A DNA stretch of 64,000 bases, taken from the NCBI RefSeq assembly GCF_963921235.1, contig NC_086097.1, positions 48,734,001 through 48,798,000 of the forward strand, read 5' to 3'. The stretch comes from Mobula hypostoma (lineage: Eukaryota). Below, piece by piece: positions 11,711 to 23,817 of this stretch. The notes below the pieces were generated by a model. That model worked only from the letters and a program-made list of their open reading frames with translations, had not been told where the DNA came from and ran no database searches. Every line of letters starts with the position of its first letter. Position 1 is the stretch's first letter. Position numbers and translations under genes: made by a program.

Positions 11711-12660
11711 TGCTCAAACAACGAGTGCTGGAGAGAGGGTGAGGATCTGTGAACTGGTGGGAGCCTACAACAGGGTATGCTGGGACAACGGGTCGAGCGA
11801 GGAGGAATTTCACAAATACCTAAATAAAAAACAGTCACAGCTCCAGGATTTCACCTAAAACGATAAAATATCCTAATGTTATTCGTGGTATTTTCCCCAC
11901 CAGCCACCAACCCCTCTCCCCAACCCCTGCTTCCGTAAAATTCCCTCCATTTAACATGTGGCCGCTGTTAAATTCCCTGCTTGTTTATTTTGACTTTTTT
12001 TTAAACAGAGGTGCTGGAGAGGCACCCTGGTGAGCTCCAGCAGCACTGCACCCCTGACTTGCAATAGACAGCTTGGTCCACATGGATGAGTAAGGCTGTG
12101 TGCCCTGTTTCTGTGATGTAAAATTCATGTATCCATGAATTCTGTAAGCAAAATAGATTTACTTGATTTGCTATGACTCATTTTTGAAGTCAAGCATTTG
12201 CACCAAATTGACTAATGTCCTGAGTGCCTTGTTTAAAATTCATACACTGCAAATGAGTGAAGTTAGCAAATAGTAAATGATCCTATTGATCAGAAGGCTG
12301 CTGATGTAAGGCAGTGATGTTAACTCTGAAAGACTTGTTTAAACAAAATCTTTAAAGCACCACAATTAGGAGCACAGGAGCAGGAATAGGAGTCTCATAC
12401 CCTTCAGCTTGCTCTGCCATTCAATTAGATCCTGGCTGATTATCGTAAGTAATCAATCCATAAGCGTAAAAATTGACAGGATGGAAATTAACAGTAATAG
12501 AACTTTGCTTGGTGATAGTGACAGTATGCTGCATAGAAAGGGCATAAAGAGGCACTGAATTTAAAAGCATCCGTGGAAACACAATCCTCCTCCTACTGAA
12601 TTTTAAATTGATATAAACTCTTGTCATTGTGAATGCTGCTTGATTTACGGCTGTCAGAAG

Positions 12661-15110
12661 TGTTGTGTATTTATTAATTCAGTGATATTTTAAATATATT
12701 GTTTGATTAAGCATCCTTTGTTTGTTTAAATAATTCATTAATAGTATGTGAATGGAATACGAGGGGTGATTGATAAGTTCGTGGCCTAAGGTAGAAAGAT
12801 ATGAGTAATTAACTTCAAACTTTCTGCATAATCATTCAAAGAGTTTACCTGCATATGCATGTAACGAGAACTGTATAACCCATCTTCTTCTACTTTAGGC
12901 CACAAACTTATCAATCATCCCTGCTGTGGACCCTTTCTGGAGGTCCAAGATCCGTATGCTCCACGACCGCTGGACTAAGTGTGTAAATATAGGAGGGGAC
13001 TATGTTGAAAAATAAATGTGCTTGGTTTTCTAAAATTGACTCCTTCTACCAGAGGCCACAAACTTATCAATCACCCCTCGTACGTCATCATGACCCACGT
13101 TGTACGAAGGTGTCTCACTTAAGTAAAAACAAACCAAGACATGTTCTCCTAGGCTCTTGTTTTTTTTTCTGTCAATTAGTTTTATTTTTTGGAGTTATAA
13201 AACGTAACAGTGGAGATGAGGAAGTTTTAACTGAACCCAAGATGACTACCTATCTGTTGAAGAGCACCGAGGTGTTCGAGTTTTTAAAAAACTCGAATAA
13301 CGAAAAGAGTGTCTTCAGGAGGAGACAGATGTTCAAGTTAAAGAAGGGCAGAAAATGGACAAATTCACAGGTTCATAAACAGTGAGTACCAGATGATAAT
13401 ATTCATAAATAAAATAAGTGGGAATGGCTGGCTGCATTGGAAAGATTGATACTTTTGATTACACAAAAGATAACTGGATATTGCATATTGAGTGAATTGA
13501 GCAGTATGTTGCAGCAAATGAAATAGCCAATGAAAAGCGAATGCCAATTTTGCTGAGTGTATTGGATATAAAGGCATGCAGGTTGCTTAGAAGTTTAACT
13601 ACACCAACCAAACCAGCTGAAATGAGCTTTGCTGATATGATGAAAGTAATGCAGGAACATTTAGAACTGAAACCATTGGTGATTGCAGAGCACATTAGGT
13701 TTCATAAACAGAATTGAAAAGGAGGGAAGTCTATTTTGCCATACGTAGCTGAATTGAAGAAGTTGAATGAGTATTGTCAGTTCAGTAATGGGCTTAGTGA
13801 TGCACTGAGAAATTGCTCAGTTTGTGGAATCTTATAAGAAAACATTCAAAAACAACTCCTAACTGTAGCACAAACTTCATTTAAAAGAGCAATTGAAATA
13901 TCTGCATCAATGGAAATAGCAGGTTGAGACGCAATTGAGTTGCAGTCGGGAATGAAAGAGAACGTAAACAAAATTGCAACGTTTAAACAGAAACCGGCCT
14001 GGCCAAACAAATTGTGATATAGTTGTGGCAAGGGGTTACATACATCTGACAAGTGCAGTTTAAAGGCAAGGCTTGAAGAAAATGCAACAAAGAAGGTCAC
14101 ATACAAAAAGCATGTCAGGCAGGCAAAAATAAATGGACTGCACGTAGAATCAACTGATATTGAATTAACAAAGGTACAGGATGATATCACAGCAATCTTT
14201 AAGGATTGCAATGGAAAATTCAGACATATGAAGGGTAAAATAGTGTTAAATTAAAATGCCACATCTAAGTTTTACCAAGCCCATCCAGTTCCTTATATTA
14301 TTCATGATAAAGTAGCCAGTGAGCTAGATTGCATGGAGGTTGAAAGACTTCTTTGCAAGGTTGACTGGAGCCCAGTTGTGCCAGTAGCCAAGAAAGATGG
14401 GGCTGTCAGGATCTGTGGTGATTTTAAGATTACCATCAACTCAGTAATGAAAATATATCAATACCCTCTGCACCGGATAGAGGATACCTTTACAAACTTT
14501 TCTGGAAGAAAACACTTCAACAGAGTGTATGTAGCTGACGCCTTCCTACAGATGGAGATGGAAGAAGAGTCCACAGTGTTTTTCACCATAAATACTCACA
14601 AAGGGCTTTATCGCCATAATCTGCTTATTTTTGAAGTAGCATCTGTAGCTGCACGCTGGAAGAAAGCTAGTGATAAGGTGCTGCAAGGCTGTCCAGGAAC
14701 TCAGTGTTACCTGGATGACATCATTGTTACTGATGAGGATGACAAGGGACATCTCCAAAATCTCAAGACAGTGATAAAGAGGTTAAAAGACTATGGGCTC
14801 AACAAAAGATTATCTATTGAGTTGCGTTCTACATTGAGTTGGAGCTTACAGCTAAGCAGGGGGGAATGTTGTGCATTTAATAATTCAGTAATATTTGAGT
14901 AATATTGTAAATATATTGTTTGATAAGCATTCTTTATTTAAATAATTCATTATGGATTACGTGTCACAGCACATGAATGGCATACAAAATCACGTTGCCA
15001 CGTTATACGTGCGTGCCTCGCTCAAAGTAAACACAAGCAAGACATGTTCTCTTGGGCTCTCATCTTTTTTTTACAATTAGTTTTATGTTTTGGAGCTACA
15101 AAGTATAACA
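12661..15110 (+). mobile_element. Gypsy LTR retrotransposon, internally deleted
   Basis: LTRs TG..CA at 12661-13209 and 14867-15110. PBS-like TGGAGATGAGGA and PPT AAGCAGGGGGGAA. Gag remnant; RT motifs RICGDFK and YLDDII. TSD AGAAG/GGAAG. Confidence 0.9.
12760..13080 (+). mobile_element. Mariner-derived MITE inserted in the Gypsy 5' LTR
   Basis: TA TSD; ~37-bp TIR CGAGGGGTGATTGATAAGTT(C/T)GTGGCC; mariner C-terminal remnant RWTKCVNIGGDYVEK*. Confidence 0.9.
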
Positions 15111-15457
15111 GGAAGGGGCGGCCCCACGAGTACCACAGGCAGAATGTCACACTACTATTTTTTTCTTTCATCAGAACTGCTTAAACTTTTTCATAAAGTA
15201 ATTAAAATAACCTTGTATCAGATGCATAAAACTGCCAGATTAATCATCCTTTATTATCTGGTTTGATCACACACTTGGATTTTATAATGCACAAAACAAT
15301 AATTTTAATTTCGGATTTACGTATTTTGTGAATGGATTCTTGATGGATAGCTCCCTTTTTTGGATAGTGTGTTATTTAGTAATGCCACGCATGTTCATTG
15401 ACATTCAATTCAGATCCAATCAGCAATGTTGATAAAGGCAGCTTCAAGATGCAACCA

Positions 15458-15531
15458 ACACACACAAAATGCTTGAGCAACTCAGCAGGCCAGGCAGCAT
15501 CAATGGAAAAAAGTACAGCTGACGTTTCGGG
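15458..15531 (-). mobile_element. Penelope-like pLTR fragment (truncated)
   Basis: Reverse complement matches the 3' part of 40840-40910, including CCCGAAACGTC. Confidence 0.6.
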
Positions 15532-18519
15532 TGCAAGCAACTCTATTTGTAAACTGAGAAGGCTGAGTGATTGTGAATACTTCAGTGTTTGATGGCAAAG
15601 GGTTATAAATTTAAGTGAAAAGAAAACTGAAAATAAAGGGAAAAAAATACAGATTCTTTATCTACATTAAAAATGCAAATAATCCTGTTTATCAAAGTGA
15701 TTTTCAAAGTGCCAGCCTGAGAGAATAAACGTTGATTGAAAACCATTACAGATCAGGACTAACTGATGACCACTGTCACACATGATTGTTCTGCTTTCAT
15801 CTGGACAAGTTTAGCCATAGAAGTTAATGTAGATGTGATAATTTGATACTCTGATCTCATGCTTAACCCTTAATAATGCACTGAAAAATGCAGCACGATT
15901 CAAACCCTTTGGTGCTGCTTTATGATCTGGTACGGAGTTTGTGCAGAAAAGTTGCATGCTATCTTCTCTGTGGATTTTACTCTGAGTTACAGTCAAACAG
16001 TATACTTGAACTGTTTTTACAAGCTTTGGCTGAATGAAAACCAACAATCAAATGGTATCAATGGAGAATTTTGGATTATTATCTTAAAAATGACCTAAAT
16101 TAGAAGGTAAACAATCAATGCTTTTTCTGTATTCTTTGCTCGATGGAGAAAAATCCCAAGTGCTCTATAAAAGCACTTGTGTTAACATATTCTAGATATC
16201 GCTGATTGGAAATTGTAATCATATGAAATTTAAAGATACCAAACCCAAGGATTTGAGCTAAATTCTAGTGGGTCAATGTTTTTTTTTCTGGCTACTTGCT
16301 GCAATATGACCTCAGTGTAGTTCCTAGTCCATGTGACGAGGCATTACTGAATAAGCCTAAAGTCAGCCATTTCACACAGGAAATCCATTGGGAAATCTAA
16401 TGTGTGAACTCTCAGCAAGCAAACTGGTGCCCTCCTGGGACGAAAGCCAAAGCATATTAATGGGATGGATGAAACTTCATTCCACAAGTTGAATCAGGCC
16501 CTACCAGTGATTTCTAAGTCACAAAGGTATTTCATTAAGCAGCATCACTGCTGTCTTTTTCAACTTCTAATCACTGACAAGCTACTTTAGAAAATCACAT
16601 AAGTATAAATATGGTCATAACCACTAACATTCTTATGTTATTAATAACCTCAGAATAGGAAGTTGAACTGGTGAGGAGTTTTAAAAGATGAGCAATTTTC
16701 AAGTAACACATTAAAAAAACAATATAAAGTCAATTAATTGATTCAATAAGATGTATTTAGAATTCTTGCTAAAACATGACATTTTTCATGTATGACATTT
16801 ACATAACATTTTCTATACTTGCACACATTTTACCTTATCAAAACAACCAGCTCCACAGTTGGTAGATAAATCTGTTTTCAATGCATCTTGTAAAGTAGCA
16901 TGTTGAAATCCTACTTTAGCCAGCTTGGATTTCATGCAGGGAAGTTTCGTTGTCAGTACAGATTGTTTAATCTCAAAGGTTAACTTGCCGTCCACCATAT
17001 TGTGGAAAGGAAAGACTCTTGTCAACCCCCACTACATCAGTGTGTGCTTGAGTTACGATAATTTTCAGCTGTTTGTATTCTTACGGGAGCTCACTTGTGC
17101 CTCTAGTAGTTATTGTATCAGCTGCTGCTATTTTAATGCACCTCGTAAAATGATAGTCCTGATGGGAAAGACTGAAGTAGTTGTAATTAGGGAAAAGCAA
17201 CAGTCAGGCATTTGCATTCACCGCACACAACGTCTACAATGCTGAGACTTTTTTTTAAGATGTGTAATGAAATGAGTAGGTTCTTGCCTCTTTATATCGG
17301 CCAGCTTGAATATAAGACAGGGTGGTCTCCAGAGAATGCTACATATCTCACTAATTACTCAATTTCCAAAGCTCACATCGGTTTTCTTTGAAATTTGACA
17401 TAAATAAGAGGTAAGGATTTAGTATGCATCAAGTGGAATAAGAGAAAGCTACTGTTCTCTATACCTTATGAAAGGTATGCAATTGTTTTTAACTGACAGG
17501 TGGTCACTCAAGTGAAGATTTGTTGTTATGAAACAGAAAATACTTTTCACACATATAGCATAACAATTTTTTATATACTTCCATCCCAGCAAGCATTTCT
17601 ATAAGAAAAATATGAAAAACTGCCTTTAATATAATGACACTTCTTAATATGTTTAACTTCATAGTAAAATTATATTTAACTGCGGTGAACTTGTTTGCAG
17701 GATCTAATCACACAAGTGATGTCATGAATTTTGATGTGTTGTTATGAATGATCTCTTCAGATGCATTAAACGTTTGGCCAATATATTACCAAAGTTCACA
17801 ATAGGGTATGTTTAGGAATGTCAAAAGGTGAAGTACATAATGTATTTCTAGCAAATCTTGTATAATTAATTATATTCATGGAATTATCATGGCAAATGGA
17901 TGCAATGTGAAATTATAGATATTAGTTATTAACACTATCAATCAAAAATGTTCCACATTGAGAAATAGGATGTTCCCTGCTTTACTGATGTACTTCAGTT
18001 ATGAATAATTATCCAAAAAATGTTAATCTCTTCTGTAACTAGATATTCTTAATGTTAAATCCTCAGATAGTGTTTAACAACTACAGTAAAAATTCTGAAT
18101 TGCTTACATCCTGTATAGCCAGCAATTCCAACACATATTATAGAGGCTGTTGAACAAATGCTTTGCTTCATTAATTCCGCACATTTCATAACCGTGCTTT
18201 CTTTGTGATTGCCAATTTCCTAATGATGTTTAGTTACCAAATAAACCTGGCTTTGGCCAAAGTGGAGGCTCCACAGAAAGCTGAATACTGAATCATGATG
18301 CTCTGACTACTTTATAAATTATGCTTGCCACTATCCAAGTTGACAAGAGTGGGTACTCTGGATATCATTGTTCTTGACCTGTCTCCAAGACGATGGAATT
18401 GGAGAGGTCCCATTTCGTTCCCTGACTCAGGTAAACTCCAGGGCACGACTGTTTCTTCACTAATTGAGTCTGGAGGCTTAGTCTAGTTGCTGTGACTAGA
18501 ATTCGTCCTTTTTTTTTAA

Positions 18520-19140
18520 AAACAGAAGCATCATTCTTGTTATCACTGACATATTTCATGAATTATGTCACTTGGCAGCATCAAACATAAAAATCACTAA
18601 AGGTTACAATCAGAAATATTAAATAAGTACATAAGTTAGTAAATAAATAAATAATGCAAAAAGAGAGCAAAAGGTGAGGTAGTATTTATGGTTTCATGGA
18701 CTGTCAGAAATATGATGGCAGAGGTGAAGAAGCTGTTCCTAAAATATTGAGTGTGCATCTTCAGGCTCCTGTGCCTCCACCTGATTGTAGTAATCAGAAG
18801 AGAGCATGTCCTGGATGGTGAAGATCTTTAATAATGGGTGCCTTCTCTTTTGTAGTACTGCCTTTTGAAGATGTCCTCAATGGAGATGTTAATGCCCTGA
18901 TGGAACTGGCTGAGACGACAAACTTCTGCACCTTTTTTTGATCCTGTGCGTTGGAGTCTCTAAACCAGTCGGTAATGCAACCAGTCAGAATGCTCCCTCA
19001 TGCTACATTTGCAGGAACTTGTGAGTCTTTGGTGACATATAAAATCTCCTCACTTCCTAATGAAGTAGAGCCATTAATGTATATTCTTCATGACTGCATC
19101 AATATATTATGTTCAGGATAGATCCTCCAAAATGTTGAGA
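18520..19140 (-). mobile_element. Rex1/L2-like LINE 3' fragment
   Basis: Similar to 23140-23560 (GAAGAAGCTGTTCCTAAA...TCTTCAGGCTCCTG). Confidence 0.65.
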
Positions 19141-20088
19141 GATCTCTCTCATTTACTCTCTGGAATATTATAGCCTGGTAAAAAGCAAAACAAAAAGGAC
19201 TATTGTCCTGCCAGTGTGAGGAGAGTGATCCTTGTGATAACTTTTTAAATATTTGAACCTGATGCCAGTGGTGGTGCCATCTGTCTGCCCCATCTGAGGT
19301 GACGACAGAGCCCACAGCAAACTTTTCAAAATTCTCAGTTAACAATGTAATTAGTTGAATCTTCATACAGAATTATTCATTTGAAGAATACTCTGCACCT
19401 GATCTTGAAAGGCAGGATATTCAAAATGCTGCAGGATATTGGACACTCCCTACCATGCTGATACTCCCAACCCCACTGTAAACTACCTCCAGAGGGCCCA
19501 GTTTAATTAACTCACCTCTGCACATAATAGAACAGCTACATTCAAGAAACTGGACCTACTCAGACCAGTCTTCCAGAGGAAAGGTAGACGATATTCTTAT
19601 AAATGAAGTGTGCTAATCTAGGATAACAATATTGCATTCATCCTAATATTATATCAACCTGCCTTTCTAATCCTCCTAATCTCTACGTTATTTTGCTAAA
19701 TATCACCTGAGACATAATGGAGGTTTCCACTTACACCAAAGAGAGGACCTTGTGATGTCTTTTGTGAGCACAATGACTATTGTACAAGGTGGGGAAGCTA
19801 AGCTTCTTTTTCAACTTTGAGATTATCCATTTCACCAGCTGTGCATGGTGTTTTGTGCTTTCCAGAAAGACATGTTTCATAGGATGCTTTGCAAACCATA
19901 TGATGATTCAAGTAAATTCAAAAGGCTGTGTGTGAAATGTCACATTAAGAATATAAGAAAATAGAGCGGGAGTAGGTGACTTGGCCTCTCAAACCTGCCC
20001 TGCCATTCAAGAAGATTATTTCTTCTGTGTTAATTCCATAAAGTTCTCAATTCCCAGATCGTTTAAAATGTACTTACTACCTCTTTAA

Positions 20089-20506
20089 CCCTTATATACT
20101 GTTCGGGTCAAATTTGACCCATTTTGACATATGACAGCAGTAAAAACACCCTAAGTGAGTGCCATTTTTTAGCCAAAATTTGATGACTTTTCCTAAAGTG
20201 GCCCAAAATGCACAAAAATGAAAGTATTTAAAAATGTTATACTTCTGTACAAGTGCTATAAATTTTCGTACATTGAGGCTATTCTGGGTCAAATTTGACC
20301 CGTATCTATTGAAATAGATTTTAGATCTCTGAAACATTAAGGATTAATCACCCATTTATTAATGTCAGATAGGCTATTTATACATTCTAAATAGATCCAT
20401 GTTTCAAAATTTGGTATAGACACTTGTTATGAGGGGATTCTTGGGCCAGGTCAAAATTGACCCAGACTATACTGTGAAGGTATAGAATATGAACAGGTTG
20501 CCTGGG
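20089..20506. mobile_element. piggyBac-type MITE inserted in an old CR1 3' fragment (~19950-20580, minus)
   Basis: TTAA at 20085-88 and 20507-10; CCC...GGG ends; internal GGGTCAAATTTGACCC palindromes. Confidence 0.8.
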
Positions 20507-21179
20507 TTAAGTACTTCCAATGATCTAGCTTCCTCAGTTCTCTGTAGAGAATTCCAGAGATTCAACACATTTTGAGAGAAATACCACAGACGAAATAGTC
20601 ATTTAAAACTAAGGTATTTTGATGTGTCATGTATCTGATTTCCATGTGTTCCTTTGAACTCACTTCCATGTGGTCATTCTTGGCTTTCTCACTCTCATGT
20701 CAATACTAATCATCTGCCTTGTGGGACATCTCCAGAATCCATGTATAAACAAAACAATTGTACCATGTGATACTTGCATCATTTAGTTCTGTCATTGAAT
20801 GTGCTTTACGCTGTGGAAAGACCAATAATATTCTAGTTTCTGTTATTTTCTCTTGGCACAACCAATAAGGGCAATTTTTTTTTAGTGCATATATATTTAC
20901 TGATTTCACTATTGGTCTATTGCTGACAGGGTATAATACTATGGTACATGAAACATAAGCCAGCAAGTCCTCTGAAATTATCACTGTTAAATGTTAGTCC
21001 ATTATCTATCCTTACTAACTTGTACACCAAATGTGGAAAAGATCCTTTCAGGCATACAGACATGTAACAAGAAAATATGCAGTGTTCTTAAAAGTTAAAT
21101 GCCGTAGTACAATAGTACTGCACAATAATAACACTATACACTGCATCCAGTGATCATAATGTCATACATTTCAAGATTA

Positions 21180-23130
21180 TTATGGATAAAGATAGGTCTG
21201 GTCCTCAGGTTGACATTCTAAATTGGAGAAAGGCAATTTTGATAGTTTCAGAAAGGAACTGGACAGTGTGGATTCAGACAGGCTGTTTTTTGGCAAATGT
21301 ATGTTTACTAAGTCAGAAGCCTTCTAAAGCGAAATTTTGAAAGTACTGAGTATGTATGTTCCTGTCAGAATTAAAGGAAAGGATAACAGTTTTAGGGAAC
21401 CTTTGTTTTCAAGAGATTTTGAGGCCCTGTTTAATAAAAAGAAGGAATTGCATGGCAGGAAGGAACAAATGAGGTACTTGAGGAGTATAAGAAATGCAAG
21501 AGAACAATTAAGAAGGATATCAGGAGGGCGAAAAGAAGGAATAATGTAGCCCAGGCAGACAAGGTGAAGGAGAAATCAAGGGCTTCTAAGATATATTAGA
21601 GCAAAAGGATAGCAAGGGACAAAATTTGACTATAGAGTGGTCACTTATCCGTGGAGCCAAAGGAGATGGGGGAGATCTTAAATGGAGTTTTTGCATCTGC
21701 ATTTACTCAGAAGAAATACCCAGAGTCTATAGAAGTGAGGCAAAGCAGCACGGAGGTCATGGCCCCTATACTGATTGCAGAGGAGGAAGTGTTTACTGTC
21801 CTAAGGCAAGATGAGGTAGATAAATCCCCAGGGCCTGACAAGGATTTCCCTTGGAACCTGTGAGAGTACAGAAATTGCCCTAGCAGAGATATTTAAAACA
21901 TTCTTAGCCACGGATGAGGCGCCAGAGGATTGGAGGATAGCTAATGTTCCATTGTTTAAGGAAACCTCTAAGAATAAGCCAGACTATATGGGCTGAACTC
22001 CTGCTCCTGTGCTGAAGTGTTCCATGACTCTATGATTCTATAACAACAATGGCTGGACCAGTTGCTACCCAATGGGCATTCTCTTACAACTTCTCCGAGG
22101 AGGCTAGGATCAGAATTAGAATCAAGCTTAATGTCTCTGGCACACATTGTGAAATTTGTTATTTTGCAGCAGTAGTACATTAAGATACATAGTAATAAAA
22201 ACGATGAATTACAAAAAGTATATAAGGCGGATGAGCTTAGGGCCAGGATCAATACCTGGATTAGGATATTGTAGCCATTAGTGAGACTTGGTTGCACGAG
22301 GGCAGGCCCAGTATTCCAGGGTTCATTTGTTTTAGACGTGACAAAATGGGAGGGATTAAAAAAGGAAAGGTGGCATTACTAGTCAGGGAAAATGTCACAG
22401 CAATACTCCATCAGGACAGACTGGAGAACTCATCTAGTGAGGCGTTATGGACGGAACTGAGAAATGAGGAAGATATGACTGCATTAATGGGGCTATATTA
22501 CAGACCACCCAACAGTCCTAGGGATTCAGAGAAATAAGATCGCGGACTGTTACAAGAAACACAAGGTTGTTATAGGAGGCGTTTTAACTTTCCACATATG
22601 TTAAGAGCAAAAGGATTGCAAGGGACAAAATTGGTCCTCTGGAAGATGTGTGGATGCAATCCAGATGGGGGAGATTTAATATTTTTTTTTTGCATCTGTA
22701 TTTGCTCAGGAGATGGAGACAGAATCTACAGAAGTGAACTTCATAGACCCTGTACTGATTGCAAAAGAGGTGGTGTTTGCTATCCTGAGACAAATCAGGG
22801 TGCATAAATCCCCTGGATCTGACAAGGTGTTCCCTCAGACCCTGCTGGAGGCAAGTGGAGAAATTGCTGGGGCCCTAGCAGAGATATTTAAGTCATTCAT
22901 AGCAGCCGGAGAGGTACCAGAGGATCGGAGAATAGCCGATGTTGTTCCACCATTCAAAATAGGTTCTGAACATAAACTGGGAAATTATGACATCAGATGT
23001 GGGAGAGTTACTGGAAGGTACTCTAAGAGACCAGATATATAAGTATTTGGATAGACATGGACTGATTGAAGGTAGTCAGCATGGCTTCATGTAGGTCATG
23101 TTTAACCAATCTTATAGAGTTTTTCAAGGA
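21180..23130 (+). mobile_element. Mosaic of decayed CR1 ORF2 fragments
   Basis: APE and RT remnants (RRDKMGGIKKGKVALLV, DKSPGPD, GEIAGALAEIFK). Two related copies of the same ORF2 segment occur at ~21600-21985 and ~22600-22990. Confidence 0.75.
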
Positions 23131-23817
23131 ATACTGAAATGGTGTTTCTGGGTTCATCATCCATTCAGAAATCTAGTGCCAGAGGGAAAGAAGCTGTTCC
23201 TAAAACATTGACTGAGTGTCTTCAGGCTCCTGTACCTGCTCCTTGATGAGAAGAGAGCATGTCCTGGGTGATGGGGGTCCTTAATGATGAATGCCACCTT
23301 TTTGAGGCATTGCCTTTTATAGGTGTCCTGGATACTGGTGAGGCTAATGTCCATGTAGCTGGCCAAGGTTACAACTTTTTTCAGCTTTTTCCAATCATGT
23401 GTAGTGGCCCCTACATAATAGATGGTAATGCAACCATTTAGAATGCTCTCCACAGTACATCTGTAGAAATCTGCATGTGTCTTCGATGACATCCCAATTG
23501 TCTTCAAGCTACTAATGAAATATAGCCATTGTTGGGCCTTATTTGTAATTGCATCAATATGATAGATCCTCAGAGATGTTGACAGCCAGGAACTTGAAAC
23601 TGCTTACTCTTTCCACTTCCGATCCCTCGATGAGGATTGGTGTTCCCTCCACTTCTCCTTCCTGAAGTCCACAATCAATTCCATGGTTTTATTGACGCTG
23701 AGTGTAAGTTTGCTGCTGTACCACTCCATAAGACCATAAGACAAAGGAGCAGAAGTCGGCCTTTTGGCCCATCGAGTCTGCTCTGCCATTTTATCATGAG
23801 CTGATCCATTCTCCCAT

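Larger units (their letters stand above)
8706..12056 (-). mobile_element. hAT DNA transposon (KIAA1586/ZNF862-like transposase), full length with disrupted ORF
   Basis: Perfect 15-bp TIR CAGGGGTGCAGTGCT at both ends. 8-bp TSD ACTTCCAA (8698-8705) / ACTTGCAA (12057-64). Confidence 0.93.
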
